A stretch of 64,000 nucleotides of DNA from a virus (IMGVR_UViG_3300028549_000507:1-64000); one strand, 5' to 3'; shown: positions 28,082 through 38,610, counted from the stretch's first letter. The notes: generated by a model from the letters alone, not told the origin. Numbers and translations: made by a program.

Positions 28082-28426
28082 TCAATCTCCAGTAACATAC
28101 CGATCATATCCGAGTTCTTCAAGATGTGAAATAGTTTCTTTCACAATCCTATTAATTATATGAATACTAGACTCTTCAGGATAGTCTATAAATCCACGAG
28201 GATGGATTCTGGATTTATTAATCCAAACTTCATCATTCACATCAACCAATATGTGTAACTGTCTGTCGATCATACCTCTATCGATAATATGTAGATTAGT
28301 ATATTCAAGATGTGCAATGGTCGTTGTTGGTATTCGTTCAATAACAATTACGCCGGTAGTGAACAAATTCATTACATCATTTACAGAATACTTTACAGGT
28401 GGTCTTGTAGGAATTTCAAAGTCCAT
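28082..28426 (-). CDS. Hypothetical early protein
   Basis: 114 aa, SD GGAG. Confidence 0.65.
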   Translation of the reverse strand: MDFEIPTRPPVKYSVNDVMNLFTTGVIVIERIPTTTIAHLEYTNLHIIDRGMIDRQLHILVDVNDEVWINKSRIHPRGFIDYPEESSIHIINRIVKETISHLEELGYDRYVTGD

Positions 28427-28448
28427 ATTTTTTCTCCATTTTTAAAAA

Positions 28449-29315
28449 TTAACATGTATGAAAGATTTTTGGATTAGCTTCCATATCATCCATATCAACA
28501 CTAATGCTACCAGACTCATCGAGTGTGAAAGTGCAATAGCCGACTATTCTAGCACATGTTCCAAGTCGGAGGTTCGCTCTATGAGTAGATAAGCATGATA
28601 GCGCATATAACCCTTCTAATACATTGTCAATGTATCTTTGATCTATATTTGCTGTACGAACGAATGTCATAGTCCGTTCGATCAAACTCATCTCCTCTTC
28701 ATATTCTGAGAAGAATGTTTTGTAACATTCGGCATAATTTTTAAGCGACATTCCGTTAGACACCGATACAAGATCATTCTTAACAGTCAACGCATATGCT
28801 TCCGGAGTCTCACATACATACCTAACATTACCATAAATCATACTCTGTAGATTATCTCCTAATATGAGGTCATGTGTTATGTTTTTGAAGTATCTGGAGT
28901 AATCCAAATCATACTTACTGACGTTTAGAGGGTCAGACGATATTGATATAACATCGGAACAAATTTTGGAGATGATATTTGATATAACGTTATTATGAGA
29001 TGGGTCTAAAAATATAGATCCAAATCTTTCATTTGTCATAGTCATCTTTCCAAGCATATTTAAGATTAACTTCTTCTTCTTGGACCCTCCAAACTTAACA
29101 CTCTTAAAACGGCGTAAGTATGTGTTATAATATCGAATTTTATCACGCATAGGTCCAATCAATATGGTTCTCGACATTGACCCTTTGGTGACAACCTCAA
29201 CATCATACTCTCCAAGATAATCGATTCTCCCATCGATTAGACTTAAAAGATCTACCAAATGGTCTTTTGGTTTTGAAGTTTCTTTGTTACTTGGACACAT
29301 TGATACATTTGTCAT
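28449..29315 (-). CDS. Hypothetical early protein
   Basis: 288 aa, AGGAG-TCTATT-ATG, family-B leader. Confidence 0.7.
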   Translation of the reverse strand: MTNVSMCPSNKETSKPKDHLVDLLSLIDGRIDYLGEYDVEVVTKGSMSRTILIGPMRDKIRYYNTYLRRFKSVKFGGSKKKKLILNMLGKMTMTNERFGSIFLDPSHNNVISNIISKICSDVISISSDPLNVSKYDLDYSRYFKNITHDLILGDNLQSMIYGNVRYVCETPEAYALTVKNDLVSVSNGMSLKNYAECYKTFFSEYEEEMSLIERTMTFVRTANIDQRYIDNVLEGLYALSCLSTHRANLRLGTCARIVGYCTFTLDESGSISVDMDDMEANPKIFHTC

Positions 29316-29406
29316 AATAGACTCCTACTAAAAATATTATAAGATATAGATCATTCAATCTATTCTACTATTAAATATATAATCTATAATTTATTTAAAA
29401 AATAAT
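29316..29406 (-). promoter_or_regulatory. Early promoter plus family-B leader (no CTATGGTAC)
   Basis: TATATTTAATAGT at 29367-29379. Confidence 0.85.
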
Positions 29407-29438
29407 AAAAAAAAAGAGGAACCACCCTCTTTTTTTTT
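29407..29438. terminator. Bidirectional terminator
   Basis: A-tract-GAGG-AACCAC-CCTC-T-tract. Confidence 0.7.
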
Positions 29439-29907
29439 AGAATTCAAGATCCGGAAATTTCGAAGCATAATCCGCTTGAACGGAAAATGCTTCTATTTCA
29501 GAAGCTCTCTCATTGTATGGGAGAGCCGCTTCGCCCTTGATGGAATTTATACCATCAAGGGTTTGCATTTGGCGCGCATGAACTAATTCATGCACTATAA
29601 AATGCGAATAATTCCCAAGACGTCCGAATATATCGGCATTTTTTACGGCGTCGAATCCGCCGAAATCCAGTATTATGCACGCTTTACGTGTCACAAAACT
29701 AGATATACACATAAGTGCAAGAACATCCAAACCCAAACGGGTTGTAAATGTTTTTGCCGATGATGCCGCTACAGGCATAACAAACGTTTTAAACCCTTTT
29801 GGAAGACCGAGATCTTCCAAAATGGATTCAGGAACATTCACCCGTTTAGCTACGAGTGAATATATCGCTACTAATATAGTAGCGATAAGTCTTTCAAATT
29901 TCATCAT
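29437..29907 (-). CDS. Zinc metallopeptidase-like cassette protein
   Basis: HELVH (HExxH) plus a downstream EIEA third-ligand motif; hairpin-dense CDS. Confidence 0.7.
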   Translation of the reverse strand: MMKFERLIATILVAIYSLVAKRVNVPESILEDLGLPKGFKTFVMPVAASSAKTFTTRLGLDVLALMCISSFVTRKACIILDFGGFDAVKNADIFGRLGNYSHFIVHELVHARQMQTLDGINSIKGEAALPYNERASEIEAFSVQADYASKFPDLEF

Positions 29908-29942
29908 AATATATAATCCTTTAATAAATTTACATTCTAATC

Positions 29943-29955
29943 ACTATTATATATA
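29943..29955 (-). promoter_or_regulatory. Early promoter variant
   Basis: TATATATAATAGT(G). Confidence 0.7.
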
Positions 29956-29979
29956 CACATGAAATATCATTACAAACAT

Positions 29980-30008
29980 AAAAAGAAGAGGGATTACTCC
30001 CTCTTCTT
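29980..30008 (-). terminator. Terminator, family T1
   Basis: AAGAAGAGGGA-GTAA-TCCCTCTTCTT plus T-tract. Confidence 0.85.
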
Positions 30009-30013
30009 AATTA

Positions 30014-31810
30014 TTATTTCTTCAAGAGAGTCTTAACATAAGCTTTAAGATCTGTTTTAGAGATCACATTAAGAGATTCCAAAGTATTAACCATGGTGGT
30101 CATAATTTTAGAATAAGTCTTAATACCTTCTTTAGAACCCTCAATAGAGTTATCAGATTCAGAAGACATAATCTCTACAGCACCTGCATAAGCAAATGTT
30201 TCATACAGATTCTCAGAAGATACGTGAACTTCACTTCCACCACGGTTAGTGAAGAAGTCATCTACTATAGAATCGTATTTGTCAGTTCCATAGTTCTGAG
30301 CGATCATTTCTTTAACTCTTGCACCTTCTTTATTGAAATCTACAAGAACTTCAGGATCAACAATCTGAGCCGTCTTATAATAGATACTCTTAAGAGTCTT
30401 TGGACGAGAATACTTAAGTCCGTCAGTATTTGCAAGACCTTTGATTCCGCTCAACATCTCTTTAAGTCTCTGAGCACGAGCCGTAGGAACGTGTTGAAGT
30501 CCATCCACAAGGAATTCACCAATGAGTTCTTCACGAACTTCGATAGCTTTAGTATGAGCCGCATAGTCAGGAATTTCGTCCGATTTAGCAACTTTAAGTT
30601 CAAGATTCTCAAAAGCCATTTTAATAAGATCAGCACTTGTATTTACAGTGGAAGGAGTCGCTGTAATGATAATTTCCATATCATTAATACGTTGTGTCTG
30701 GTCTTTAGAATTGATATCAACCATAGCTTTTACAGCCTGAAGAGTATCTTCATCTTTAATCGCAGCAGGAACATCGCCTCTTCCAAGACCGATCTTTCTA
30801 TGAGCAGAGAATACACCATTGACATCTTTAACACACTCTTTGAAGAGAGATTCAAGATCTGTAGCCTTTGAAACATCAAAGTCTTTAATATCCGCGGTAT
30901 CTGCAATGATATTCTGAATACGTTTCTGAACGAATTCGACATCTTTATCATACGTATCACTATTTTCTTCAAGAGTAAACAGCATACGCATGATACGTTC
31001 TTTCTTGAACTTACCATTATCAGATTCAATCGCAAATCTCATAGCACTACAAGGAATCATACTTTTAATATACTCAGTAGAGTTAATAAACTTGAGACCT
31101 TCAGCACCCTCTTCAGGAGATTCTTCTGGAGTAACTTCCCCTTTAGCAACAGCTTCCTGCTCAGCAGGAGATGTTTCTGGAGTAGTATCTCCTTCAGTCG
31201 GAGCCATAGTTTCACGCTGTTCTTTGATCTCATCGGAAACTTCTTTGAACTCATTTATCACAGTGCGTGTTACTTCGCTTTTTTCTTCAGCATCTTTAAC
31301 AGCCTCAATAACGTTTCCACTTACTTCTTCGATAAGATCATTCTCTTTACTTGAGAAGAGAGCAGTAATCTCATTATTCATTTCTTCAGACAATTCTACC
31401 TGAAGATACTTTGCATGAAATTCTGTACTTACAGCGTCAATTACAGTTTTTCTTTCAAAAGTTCTAGGGTTACCAGCAAAGATAGCCTTTTTAACTTTAT
31501 CTTCTCTATAGTATGCTTCTTGTGAAGTATACTTTGCAATAGTATGAGCGATTTCGCCAATATGATCTGTACCTTTGGAAACACCCATAAGAGCAGATTC
31601 CACAGAAGTAGTATATTTGAAAGTTGAAAGATTCTTTCCAACAACCTTTTTAACAGATTCTGTTGATACCGCTGATCCAGAGGTCTTTTCGAAAGTTCTA
31701 GCTACAATGCTTGAAATATGATTATTAAGCAAAGTTTTACCAAGAGTCTTTCTAAATTTCTCACTCTCAGATGAGATTAAAGCTGTAATCTCTTGTTCTC
31801 TAATATCCAT
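30014..31810 (-). CDS. Head protein rich in protease sites (core/scaffold candidate)
   Basis: 598 aa with about 15 S/A/G-x-E sites along its whole length; highly-expressed codon usage. Confidence 0.5.
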   Translation of the reverse strand: MDIREQEITALISSESEKFRKTLGKTLLNNHISSIVARTFEKTSGSAVSTESVKKVVGKNLSTFKYTTSVESALMGVSKGTDHIGEIAHTIAKYTSQEAYYREDKVKKAIFAGNPRTFERKTVIDAVSTEFHAKYLQVELSEEMNNEITALFSSKENDLIEEVSGNVIEAVKDAEEKSEVTRTVINEFKEVSDEIKEQRETMAPTEGDTTPETSPAEQEAVAKGEVTPEESPEEGAEGLKFINSTEYIKSMIPCSAMRFAIESDNGKFKKERIMRMLFTLEENSDTYDKDVEFVQKRIQNIIADTADIKDFDVSKATDLESLFKECVKDVNGVFSAHRKIGLGRGDVPAAIKDEDTLQAVKAMVDINSKDQTQRINDMEIIITATPSTVNTSADLIKMAFENLELKVAKSDEIPDYAAHTKAIEVREELIGEFLVDGLQHVPTARAQRLKEMLSGIKGLANTDGLKYSRPKTLKSIYYKTAQIVDPEVLVDFNKEGARVKEMIAQNYGTDKYDSIVDDFFTNRGGSEVHVSSENLYETFAYAGAVEIMSSESDNSIEGSKEGIKTYSKIMTTMVNTLESLNVISKTDLKAYVKTLLKK

Positions 31811-31820
31811 TGGAATCTCC

Positions 31821-34793
31821 TTAAATTGATTTGATATTTATATCAGGATTAAATGTAATAGCTCCACCAGTATCGGTTGCAATATGTTTAACCGTTAATA
31901 TGTCGTTATTCTCAACATCACTCTCTTCAAATATTGAGTGACAAGTTCCTTCTGTTAGGTTGTTTACCTTGTAAAGTTCAACATATCTAACACCCTGAAC
32001 ATTCTCACTAATATTCATTATCATTTCGATAAACGATATAGATTTTTCATTAGATCTATCTCTAATGTATTTCACTATATTATACTTTATAACACTTTCG
32101 ATAGAACTCTCATCGACACCAGATTCGTATTTTACACCAATCTTAAAACTCAATGCAAGTCTATCTAGAGGTTTCTTAGTATTTTCAATTCTATCAATAT
32201 AATAGAAGTTATTATTACTAACAGTATTCATAAGACCGAACTTAAACGATACTCCGGATGGAGCAAAGTTTTGTAAAGATTCAATCTCATTCATAGTACT
32301 CTTTATAGAATCTATCGTATCAATGTAACTTGATCCAATAGAATGAATTCTGTCAACGAGAGGTGTATCTGTTATAACTAATGTATTTGTAGTCAGGTCA
32401 GTTATTTCATAAATAGGAAGTCCATTTTTATCAAACATCAGGTTGCCTATTGTTATAAGATTTCCGAAGATATCTCTCTCTTCTATAACCTTACGACTTA
32501 CAGTAACACCATTTATAGTCACATCTTCCATAACAAATTCACCAGTAACAGGATCCTTCTTATAAGTATTATATTTATATGTTTTTTGAATTCTCGAAGA
32601 AGACTTCGCGAATATATCAACATTTGGTTTAATACTGTCTGTTATATCTTTGAAAAGTTCGATATTACTAATGCTGTGTGAAGAAGATAAGAAATTAAAT
32701 CTAGATTCAATGCCATCATCGCCGTAACTTTTGTTTACGATATTCGCATATGTATTTTGATACTTAATTCCATCTTGGTCAATACTACCAGTTCCGACTA
32801 TAGAAGTGTAAATTGTTGCAGTAACACTTCGTCTAATTCGTTTACTGTTATCAAAATCGTCAATAGAATACACATCATCCTCTAGAATAGTTATACTATC
32901 ATCCAAGATATTGTGGTCAGTTCTAATTGACGCATGTATTGTGAGCATATTCATAGCACGAAAGTTCGGATCTGAGTATACTTTAATACTATTCTTTTTA
33001 ACTATAAACGTTTTACCACCAACTTCAGTAAGTGCAATGGTACTTCTGAAGAACGATTCTGACCCAAGGACTTCATCAGTTGCAAGATCAACATTGTCAT
33101 AATTACTTCCAACAATATTATCAAATAGAAGTTCGCTAACTTGCATATTGAATTCGATATTGAATTTTCCAATATATAATTCATCATCCATAGGATTCTT
33201 GAAGAGTGTACAGTTATCAATAGCAACTACTGATGGAGAATTTAAGTTAAAGTGATTAAACTCTACTTTTCTATTCTCATTAATAGATACATCATATACT
33301 CTACAATCGATAACCTTTACAAGATTGATTATCATATAATATGGAAATCTAAAATCTCTATCAGAATACAGAGAACTCAATGAATTATATATTGGAATAT
33401 AACTATCATCTTCAACGATAATTTCGTTTGGTACAAATCGTTTAGTATCAGTATTCATTTTAAATATATCTCTAGGAGAAACCACGATCATATCGTCAGA
33501 ATTCTGCACGTACGGGATCTCTATAGTCCCAGAAATAGTATTCAGAATAATATTATTTGTAACAATCTTACTACTCATCTTGAAATATATACTAAGGATA
33601 TCAGATCGTTCTTTCAACAATCTCATACCTTTTTCATTTGCAATATTTGCCAATTCCGTAATTGTAAGATTCTTAGAATCACTCTTTTTGGTTACAATAT
33701 TTCGCAATTCTTCGATAGTCATATCGCTAACACCACCGATAGACTCAGGACCATTAATAGATAACAGTGGAGTCATTCTTTTGATATTAGTTTGATAAGG
33801 GTTATCGTCAGAACTTATAATAATATCTCGTATAGGCGGAATATCATTATTCCAGTCCCGAATATAGAAATTGCCTTTAGAACCAAAAGTTTCATACGTA
33901 ACTATTAGTACAGACGAACCTTGTTCTGGGGAGAAGCTATTATTTGCTCGACTAAATCTAACATCTACAAACTTCTCACCATTATTTCTTTCAACAATTT
34001 CGTAACCGTAACCATCTTTATTCAATACTCCGATAGGTCTACCAGTAAGTAATCTATAGGTATCCTTATCGGTTGATTTATAGAATACCTCAAATGCATA
34101 CAGATTAGTTGTATATGGTACTCTAAACTCATATTTATTTATAGATGTATTGATACTAGTTATTTCACGAAATTTTCTAGAATACTGTTTCATTTCTAGA
34201 ATCATAATGAAATAATTATCACCATCTATATTTTGAGTAAACGATTTTATAAATGGATTGTTTATAATACGAGTTATTTCGCTACCATCATTTGTGTATT
34301 TTGCAAAATACGTTTTCCCATCGACACCATTGTCTCTAACATAAATATCAATATCATTATCAAATGTAAATGGCGGATAATCCGCAACAACCATCAGTGT
34401 ATTTTTGTTAACAGTTATTTTTCTAAGAATAGAAGAACCATCTACACTATATGCAAAGTTATCGATATCTGAAAGTTTGAACCCTATACTGAATCCCATG
34501 CTAGCTGGTTTCCCGAAGATACCAACAATCTCATCAGAGTTAAGGTATCTTACAAGAGAACTCTTCAGCTTTGCTGTATTTTTAAGAGCTTCTTGTTTAA
34601 TCATCATCATTTCGAAGAAGTTCATTGATACCATAGAACCAATTTCATCAAATAAAATATTCAATGACGAAGTCGGAGAGTCCGACAATTGTTCATCTAC
34701 ACCAAGGGCATTTCTTTCGATATGTTTTAATAAGTAATTTATAGTACCTTGTGTACTTTTAATTTCACTTATTGGTTTTTCTGGAAATCCCAT
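31821..34793 (-). CDS. Baseplate wedge protein (T4 gp6/baseplate J-like)
   Basis: 990 aa; A....SSL..Y and YETFGSKGNF..GGVSDMTIEELR motifs typical of gp6-like wedges. Confidence 0.65.
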   Translation of the reverse strand: MGFPEKPISEIKSTQGTINYLLKHIERNALGVDEQLSDSPTSSLNILFDEIGSMVSMNFFEMMMIKQEALKNTAKLKSSLVRYLNSDEIVGIFGKPASMGFSIGFKLSDIDNFAYSVDGSSILRKITVNKNTLMVVADYPPFTFDNDIDIYVRDNGVDGKTYFAKYTNDGSEITRIINNPFIKSFTQNIDGDNYFIMILEMKQYSRKFREITSINTSINKYEFRVPYTTNLYAFEVFYKSTDKDTYRLLTGRPIGVLNKDGYGYEIVERNNGEKFVDVRFSRANNSFSPEQGSSVLIVTYETFGSKGNFYIRDWNNDIPPIRDIIISSDDNPYQTNIKRMTPLLSINGPESIGGVSDMTIEELRNIVTKKSDSKNLTITELANIANEKGMRLLKERSDILSIYFKMSSKIVTNNIILNTISGTIEIPYVQNSDDMIVVSPRDIFKMNTDTKRFVPNEIIVEDDSYIPIYNSLSSLYSDRDFRFPYYMIINLVKVIDCRVYDVSINENRKVEFNHFNLNSPSVVAIDNCTLFKNPMDDELYIGKFNIEFNMQVSELLFDNIVGSNYDNVDLATDEVLGSESFFRSTIALTEVGGKTFIVKKNSIKVYSDPNFRAMNMLTIHASIRTDHNILDDSITILEDDVYSIDDFDNSKRIRRSVTATIYTSIVGTGSIDQDGIKYQNTYANIVNKSYGDDGIESRFNFLSSSHSISNIELFKDITDSIKPNVDIFAKSSSRIQKTYKYNTYKKDPVTGEFVMEDVTINGVTVSRKVIEERDIFGNLITIGNLMFDKNGLPIYEITDLTTNTLVITDTPLVDRIHSIGSSYIDTIDSIKSTMNEIESLQNFAPSGVSFKFGLMNTVSNNNFYYIDRIENTKKPLDRLALSFKIGVKYESGVDESSIESVIKYNIVKYIRDRSNEKSISFIEMIMNISENVQGVRYVELYKVNNLTEGTCHSIFEESDVENNDILTVKHIATDTGGAITFNPDINIKSI

Positions 34794-34803
34794 TTAAAGA
34801 CCC

Positions 34804-36135
34804 CTATACAAAAATAAGTTTATTTCCTACTATTATCGGACATTTAGCCCATACTTCACCACTATCATCACCATCATTATTTCTAACAGTAGTACTCTTG
34901 AATAATTTTTCAGGAGTAGTTCCTGGAGTTAGTGATATAGTCGTTAGTTCCTTAGCCAATTTTGCTATAGAATGAGGACTACATTCATCAACTGCAACAG
35001 TTTTATCTATTGTATTATTTGTTAATGCCATAGGTAAATTTAACTCGTTGAAATCTATAAATACTCTTGGTTCCATAGGTTCATAAAAATTGAACTTATA
35101 AGATATGCTTATATCGTCTAATTCATCCAATTTTATTTCTTTAGAATGATTCAATGTATTTAAAGGTATTCCAACCGGATAACATCCTGTCCACTTAGCC
35201 CATCTTATGATTGTCATATTATCATCGGCAAGTTTAAATGAATATATAGATATCGTATAATCGATTACTCTATGAGCTAGATATAAATACTTTGGCCAAT
35301 AATATCCTTTTGATACGTCATGGATATATTTTACCCAAGTTAAATGTTTAAGGAATATTGGAGATAATGTTGTGTCATAGAATGTAGCAGTCAATTCCCC
35401 AGCACTATCATAACCATCTGCACCAGCGGCATATGATAATGTGTGTCCTGAAAAGTCGCTATATTCCTCATATGAGTCCAACATAATATCCTTGGCACCA
35501 GTCAAATCTTTACATGCATTGGACATCAATGGATCGAATGCTGATTTGGTTTTAAATTTTTCATCAAGTTTTACTTTGAAATTATCTGATCCAACCGCAC
35601 TATTACTTACTCCCGGATATTGTAAGTACTCGCCAACAAATTGTCCGATTTCACTACTTAAAAGCCAAGTCAAATATCCATTTTGCGTAACGTCATCTTT
35701 AAGTAAATTTAAATCAGGTCTTGTGAAAAACACATAAGAATTTCCGGGACGAGCCGGATCCAAATTTAATATATCCATAGATTTTCTAAAGTGCGTACCG
35801 TATGCTTGTAATGGATTTGAAAAGTTAATACCAATACTATCCAGAGCTTGAGCATACAATTCTTCAATGTCAAGGATCAGAGCTTTATCATCACTAAAAT
35901 TCCCACCAACACCTTTCCCACCATTCGCAGTGGAAAACATATTAGATTCCCCAGCGGGTTTAGATGTGGTTAAACTCTCCAAAACTGTATGAGCGATACT
36001 TGGGTCAGTAGGTAAGCTCGTACTGGCGCCTTTATTTTCCTCATATTTTAAAGGATCTATTTCCATAATGTAAGTCGCCCTCTCGAAATTAACATTAATT
36101 AGTGTTGTTATATCAATATAATGTTGTCGCTCCAA
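34804..36135 (-). CDS. Virion structural protein, tube-fold/baseplate hub-like
   Basis: YVFFTRPDLN, and a C-terminal GCYPVGIP..DISISYKFN tail-tube-like pattern. Confidence 0.5.
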   Translation of the reverse strand: MERQHYIDITTLINVNFERATYIMEIDPLKYEENKGASTSLPTDPSIAHTVLESLTTSKPAGESNMFSTANGGKGVGGNFSDDKALILDIEELYAQALDSIGINFSNPLQAYGTHFRKSMDILNLDPARPGNSYVFFTRPDLNLLKDDVTQNGYLTWLLSSEIGQFVGEYLQYPGVSNSAVGSDNFKVKLDEKFKTKSAFDPLMSNACKDLTGAKDIMLDSYEEYSDFSGHTLSYAAGADGYDSAGELTATFYDTTLSPIFLKHLTWVKYIHDVSKGYYWPKYLYLAHRVIDYTISIYSFKLADDNMTIIRWAKWTGCYPVGIPLNTLNHSKEIKLDELDDISISYKFNFYEPMEPRVFIDFNELNLPMALTNNTIDKTVAVDECSPHSIAKLAKELTTISLTPGTTPEKLFKSTTVRNNDGDDSGEVWAKCPIIVGNKLIFV

Positions 36136-36148
36136 TTAAAAGCTAAAG

Positions 36149-36160
36149 AACACTATAATG
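36149..36160 (+). promoter_or_regulatory. Late promoter AACA-N6-TG
   Basis: AACACTATAATG. Confidence 0.7.
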
Positions 36161-36201
36161 TAAGCACTAGTTGGTATATATTTTTTAAAGAGAGTTGTTA
36201 A

Positions 36202-37389
36202 ATGGGAATATTTTTCGATATTGCTACTCAACTTATCGGGAAATCCATAAAGGATGAGGGAAGTAGCCTAGGTCAAGGCGTTCTCAATAACTTCGGTAAG
36301 ATGAATGCCATAACTAAAATGGCAAAAGATGCTGTACACACATACCCTGTAATCTTCTCAGAAGCAGTAGTTGCAAACGATGAAGATCTTATGTTTGCTA
36401 TATGTAAAAAACTCGAAGTACAGTATGCTGTATGTACAATGATTTCATTGGGACTAGATCCCATTTTTGAAGGAAATAGTGCAAAAGATCATCTCTTAAA
36501 AGTATATTCTGAAGAGGATGCTGAGCTTATTACTGATCCTGAATCGGTTCCAAATTCTGAAATCAGCTTATCTGATGGAAATTGTCCTTCTAGTTTGAAA
36601 AACTCAGATGATTTGAAACCTTATGCTGAAGAATCATTTGGTTCAAATAAGCCTGCAAATCCGAAACCTGCCGAAGATTCTAAGAATCTTCAATATTCTT
36701 CAAGCAAAATGGATTCACTAGCTAAAAAGGCTAGAGATAGTGATCCTACAATTGTTAATGTTAAGCTCAAAATGGCTGCAAATAAGCATGAAGTAGAGTT
36801 CCCATTGGCAATTAAAGCTGTAGCTCGATTCATTAGTGGTGAAGAATCGCAGAGAATATTTTCTTATTTGCGTGACGACAAACCAATGGTTCAGATAATT
36901 AAATTCCTTAGCGGAGAAGTACGTCTGTTCCGGGATATTATATTTCAGCTTGATAGAGCTAAAAAAGATAAAGAACTTTATTCTAAACTCGGAAGACATC
37001 CTTGGTTTAGAGCTATGATTGAACGTAGAACTAAACGTAAAGTTAACGGATTGCTTCAACTCACTGGAGTTATGAGTGATTTTCTTCTTGGAAAGAACCC
37101 AGATATTCTTCCATTGTGTAGTCTAATCGTTACTAAAGATGAAATTGAATCAGGATTTTCTAATCTCTGGGCAAACATCAAGAAAAGTGACGATAATATT
37201 ATGGATAAACTCATGCTTCTCGGACTTGTAGTTGTCGATACTACGACTAGAATCGTAGAATTTGATTACTATGGATTCAAGAATAATGAACTGATACGTG
37301 CGGATGACCTTATCAAAGATATGGGTAAATCCGGTAAAGATGGTAAGGATCTTGAAAAATTATTAAATTCACTTATTTATAAGGTTTGA
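36202..37389 (+). CDS. Putative virion (head) protein
   Basis: 395 aa, late promoter, internal SEE/AEE sites. Confidence 0.55.
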   Translation: MGIFFDIATQLIGKSIKDEGSSLGQGVLNNFGKMNAITKMAKDAVHTYPVIFSEAVVANDEDLMFAICKKLEVQYAVCTMISLGLDPIFEGNSAKDHLLKVYSEEDAELITDPESVPNSEISLSDGNCPSSLKNSDDLKPYAEESFGSNKPANPKPAEDSKNLQYSSSKMDSLAKKARDSDPTIVNVKLKMAANKHEVEFPLAIKAVARFISGEESQRIFSYLRDDKPMVQIIKFLSGEVRLFRDIIFQLDRAKKDKELYSKLGRHPWFRAMIERRTKRKVNGLLQLTGVMSDFLLGKNPDILPLCSLIVTKDEIESGFSNLWANIKKSDDNIMDKLMLLGLVVVDTTTRIVEFDYYGFKNNELIRADDLIKDMGKSGKDGKDLEKLLNSLIYKV

Positions 37390-37401
37390 TGAGAGGATAT
37401 C

Positions 37402-38610
37402 ATGAAATTTCTAAATAATTCTAAGAGTGCTATTGGTCGGCACATTGCTCCCGTTATGCATAAAATTAACGGTGGAATAGCAATGTTCAAAGGCGATGTG
37501 CAGAAATCAATTGACTCAGAATTTAAATCATTCGAAGTTAATAATACTGATAAGGCGTTTAAACCATCTATACAAACGTCGATATTTACTGGGATAACAA
37601 GTAATGTTATCCTCAGAAAATATACAGAATTACGCGGACCTTCAAAAAAGTACCTTACTGAAATTGAAGATACTGAAGGCGTGTATTCTAAAAGAGATTC
37701 GCGTGTTAGAAAATCTGTAGATGATATGTATACTCTTATTAGTAAGAATTATAAATTATCTAAAGGTACCAGTGAACAACATACCGTTTATGATTTGTAT
37801 ATTAGAGCATGTAAAATCCTTAATGATAAAAAATGGGCTGATACATTCTCTACATCATTCAAACTTCATAAAAAAGGTTATAAATCTCCTGCAATGTACT
37901 ATTTCATGTATACAGGTTTGGTGTATACCGTTGAAATTCTCACATTGATTCTTAGAGAATATTCTGAGATGATATCTTCGGGAAATCTGAACATATCTAC
38001 GGGAGTAATTAGTAATATCATTTCTAAGTATCCAACTTTCTCTAATGCGGCTTTAACTAATTGTGTTAAAATTGTTTGTTTCTGTGAATCTATTAAGGAT
38101 CCAAAGCAAAGTTTGAACAATATTACTAAAGCTGAAAAAGGTTCTAATGCCGAGGAAGATTACTCAATCTCTACAGAGAATAGTAATCTTTACTCTACGG
38201 AATTTGCGGCTGGGGCATTTATTGCTGTAGGTGCTGGAGTTATTGGTATTGTAGCTGTGATACATGCTATTAGATACGTGATCTATGCATTCTCATGCAC
38301 TATGGTTGATGTATCTAAATCTCTCGTTGAACAATCTTATACTCTTCTTGTAAACATCGAATCTCTTGAAAGAAAACTTAAAACTCTTCCTTCAAATTCA
38401 AGTGAATACAAGTCTTTGGAAAAGGTTATCGAAAGACAGAAATACTATACTGAAAAGTTAGTAGAAGTTTCTCAAAAACTCTCTGGAGATGATTTTAAGA
38501 GTGTTGATGAAGTTCGTAAACAAGAATATCAAGATGCCGAAATTATTAATGATGAAGTAGAAGAGAGTGAAAACTCTGGTTCTGCTGATGATGGCGGATT
38601 CGATATCTAA
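37402..38610 (+). CDS. Putative virion protein with one internal hydrophobic helix
   Basis: STE sites directly before FAAGAFIAVGAGVIGIVAVIHAI; C-terminal coiled coil. Confidence 0.55.
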   Translation: MKFLNNSKSAIGRHIAPVMHKINGGIAMFKGDVQKSIDSEFKSFEVNNTDKAFKPSIQTSIFTGITSNVILRKYTELRGPSKKYLTEIEDTEGVYSKRDSRVRKSVDDMYTLISKNYKLSKGTSEQHTVYDLYIRACKILNDKKWADTFSTSFKLHKKGYKSPAMYYFMYTGLVYTVEILTLILREYSEMISSGNLNISTGVISNIISKYPTFSNAALTNCVKIVCFCESIKDPKQSLNNITKAEKGSNAEEDYSISTENSNLYSTEFAAGAFIAVGAGVIGIVAVIHAIRYVIYAFSCTMVDVSKSLVEQSYTLLVNIESLERKLKTLPSNSSEYKSLEKVIERQKYYTEKLVEVSQKLSGDDFKSVDEVRKQEYQDAEIINDEVEESENSGSADDGGFDI

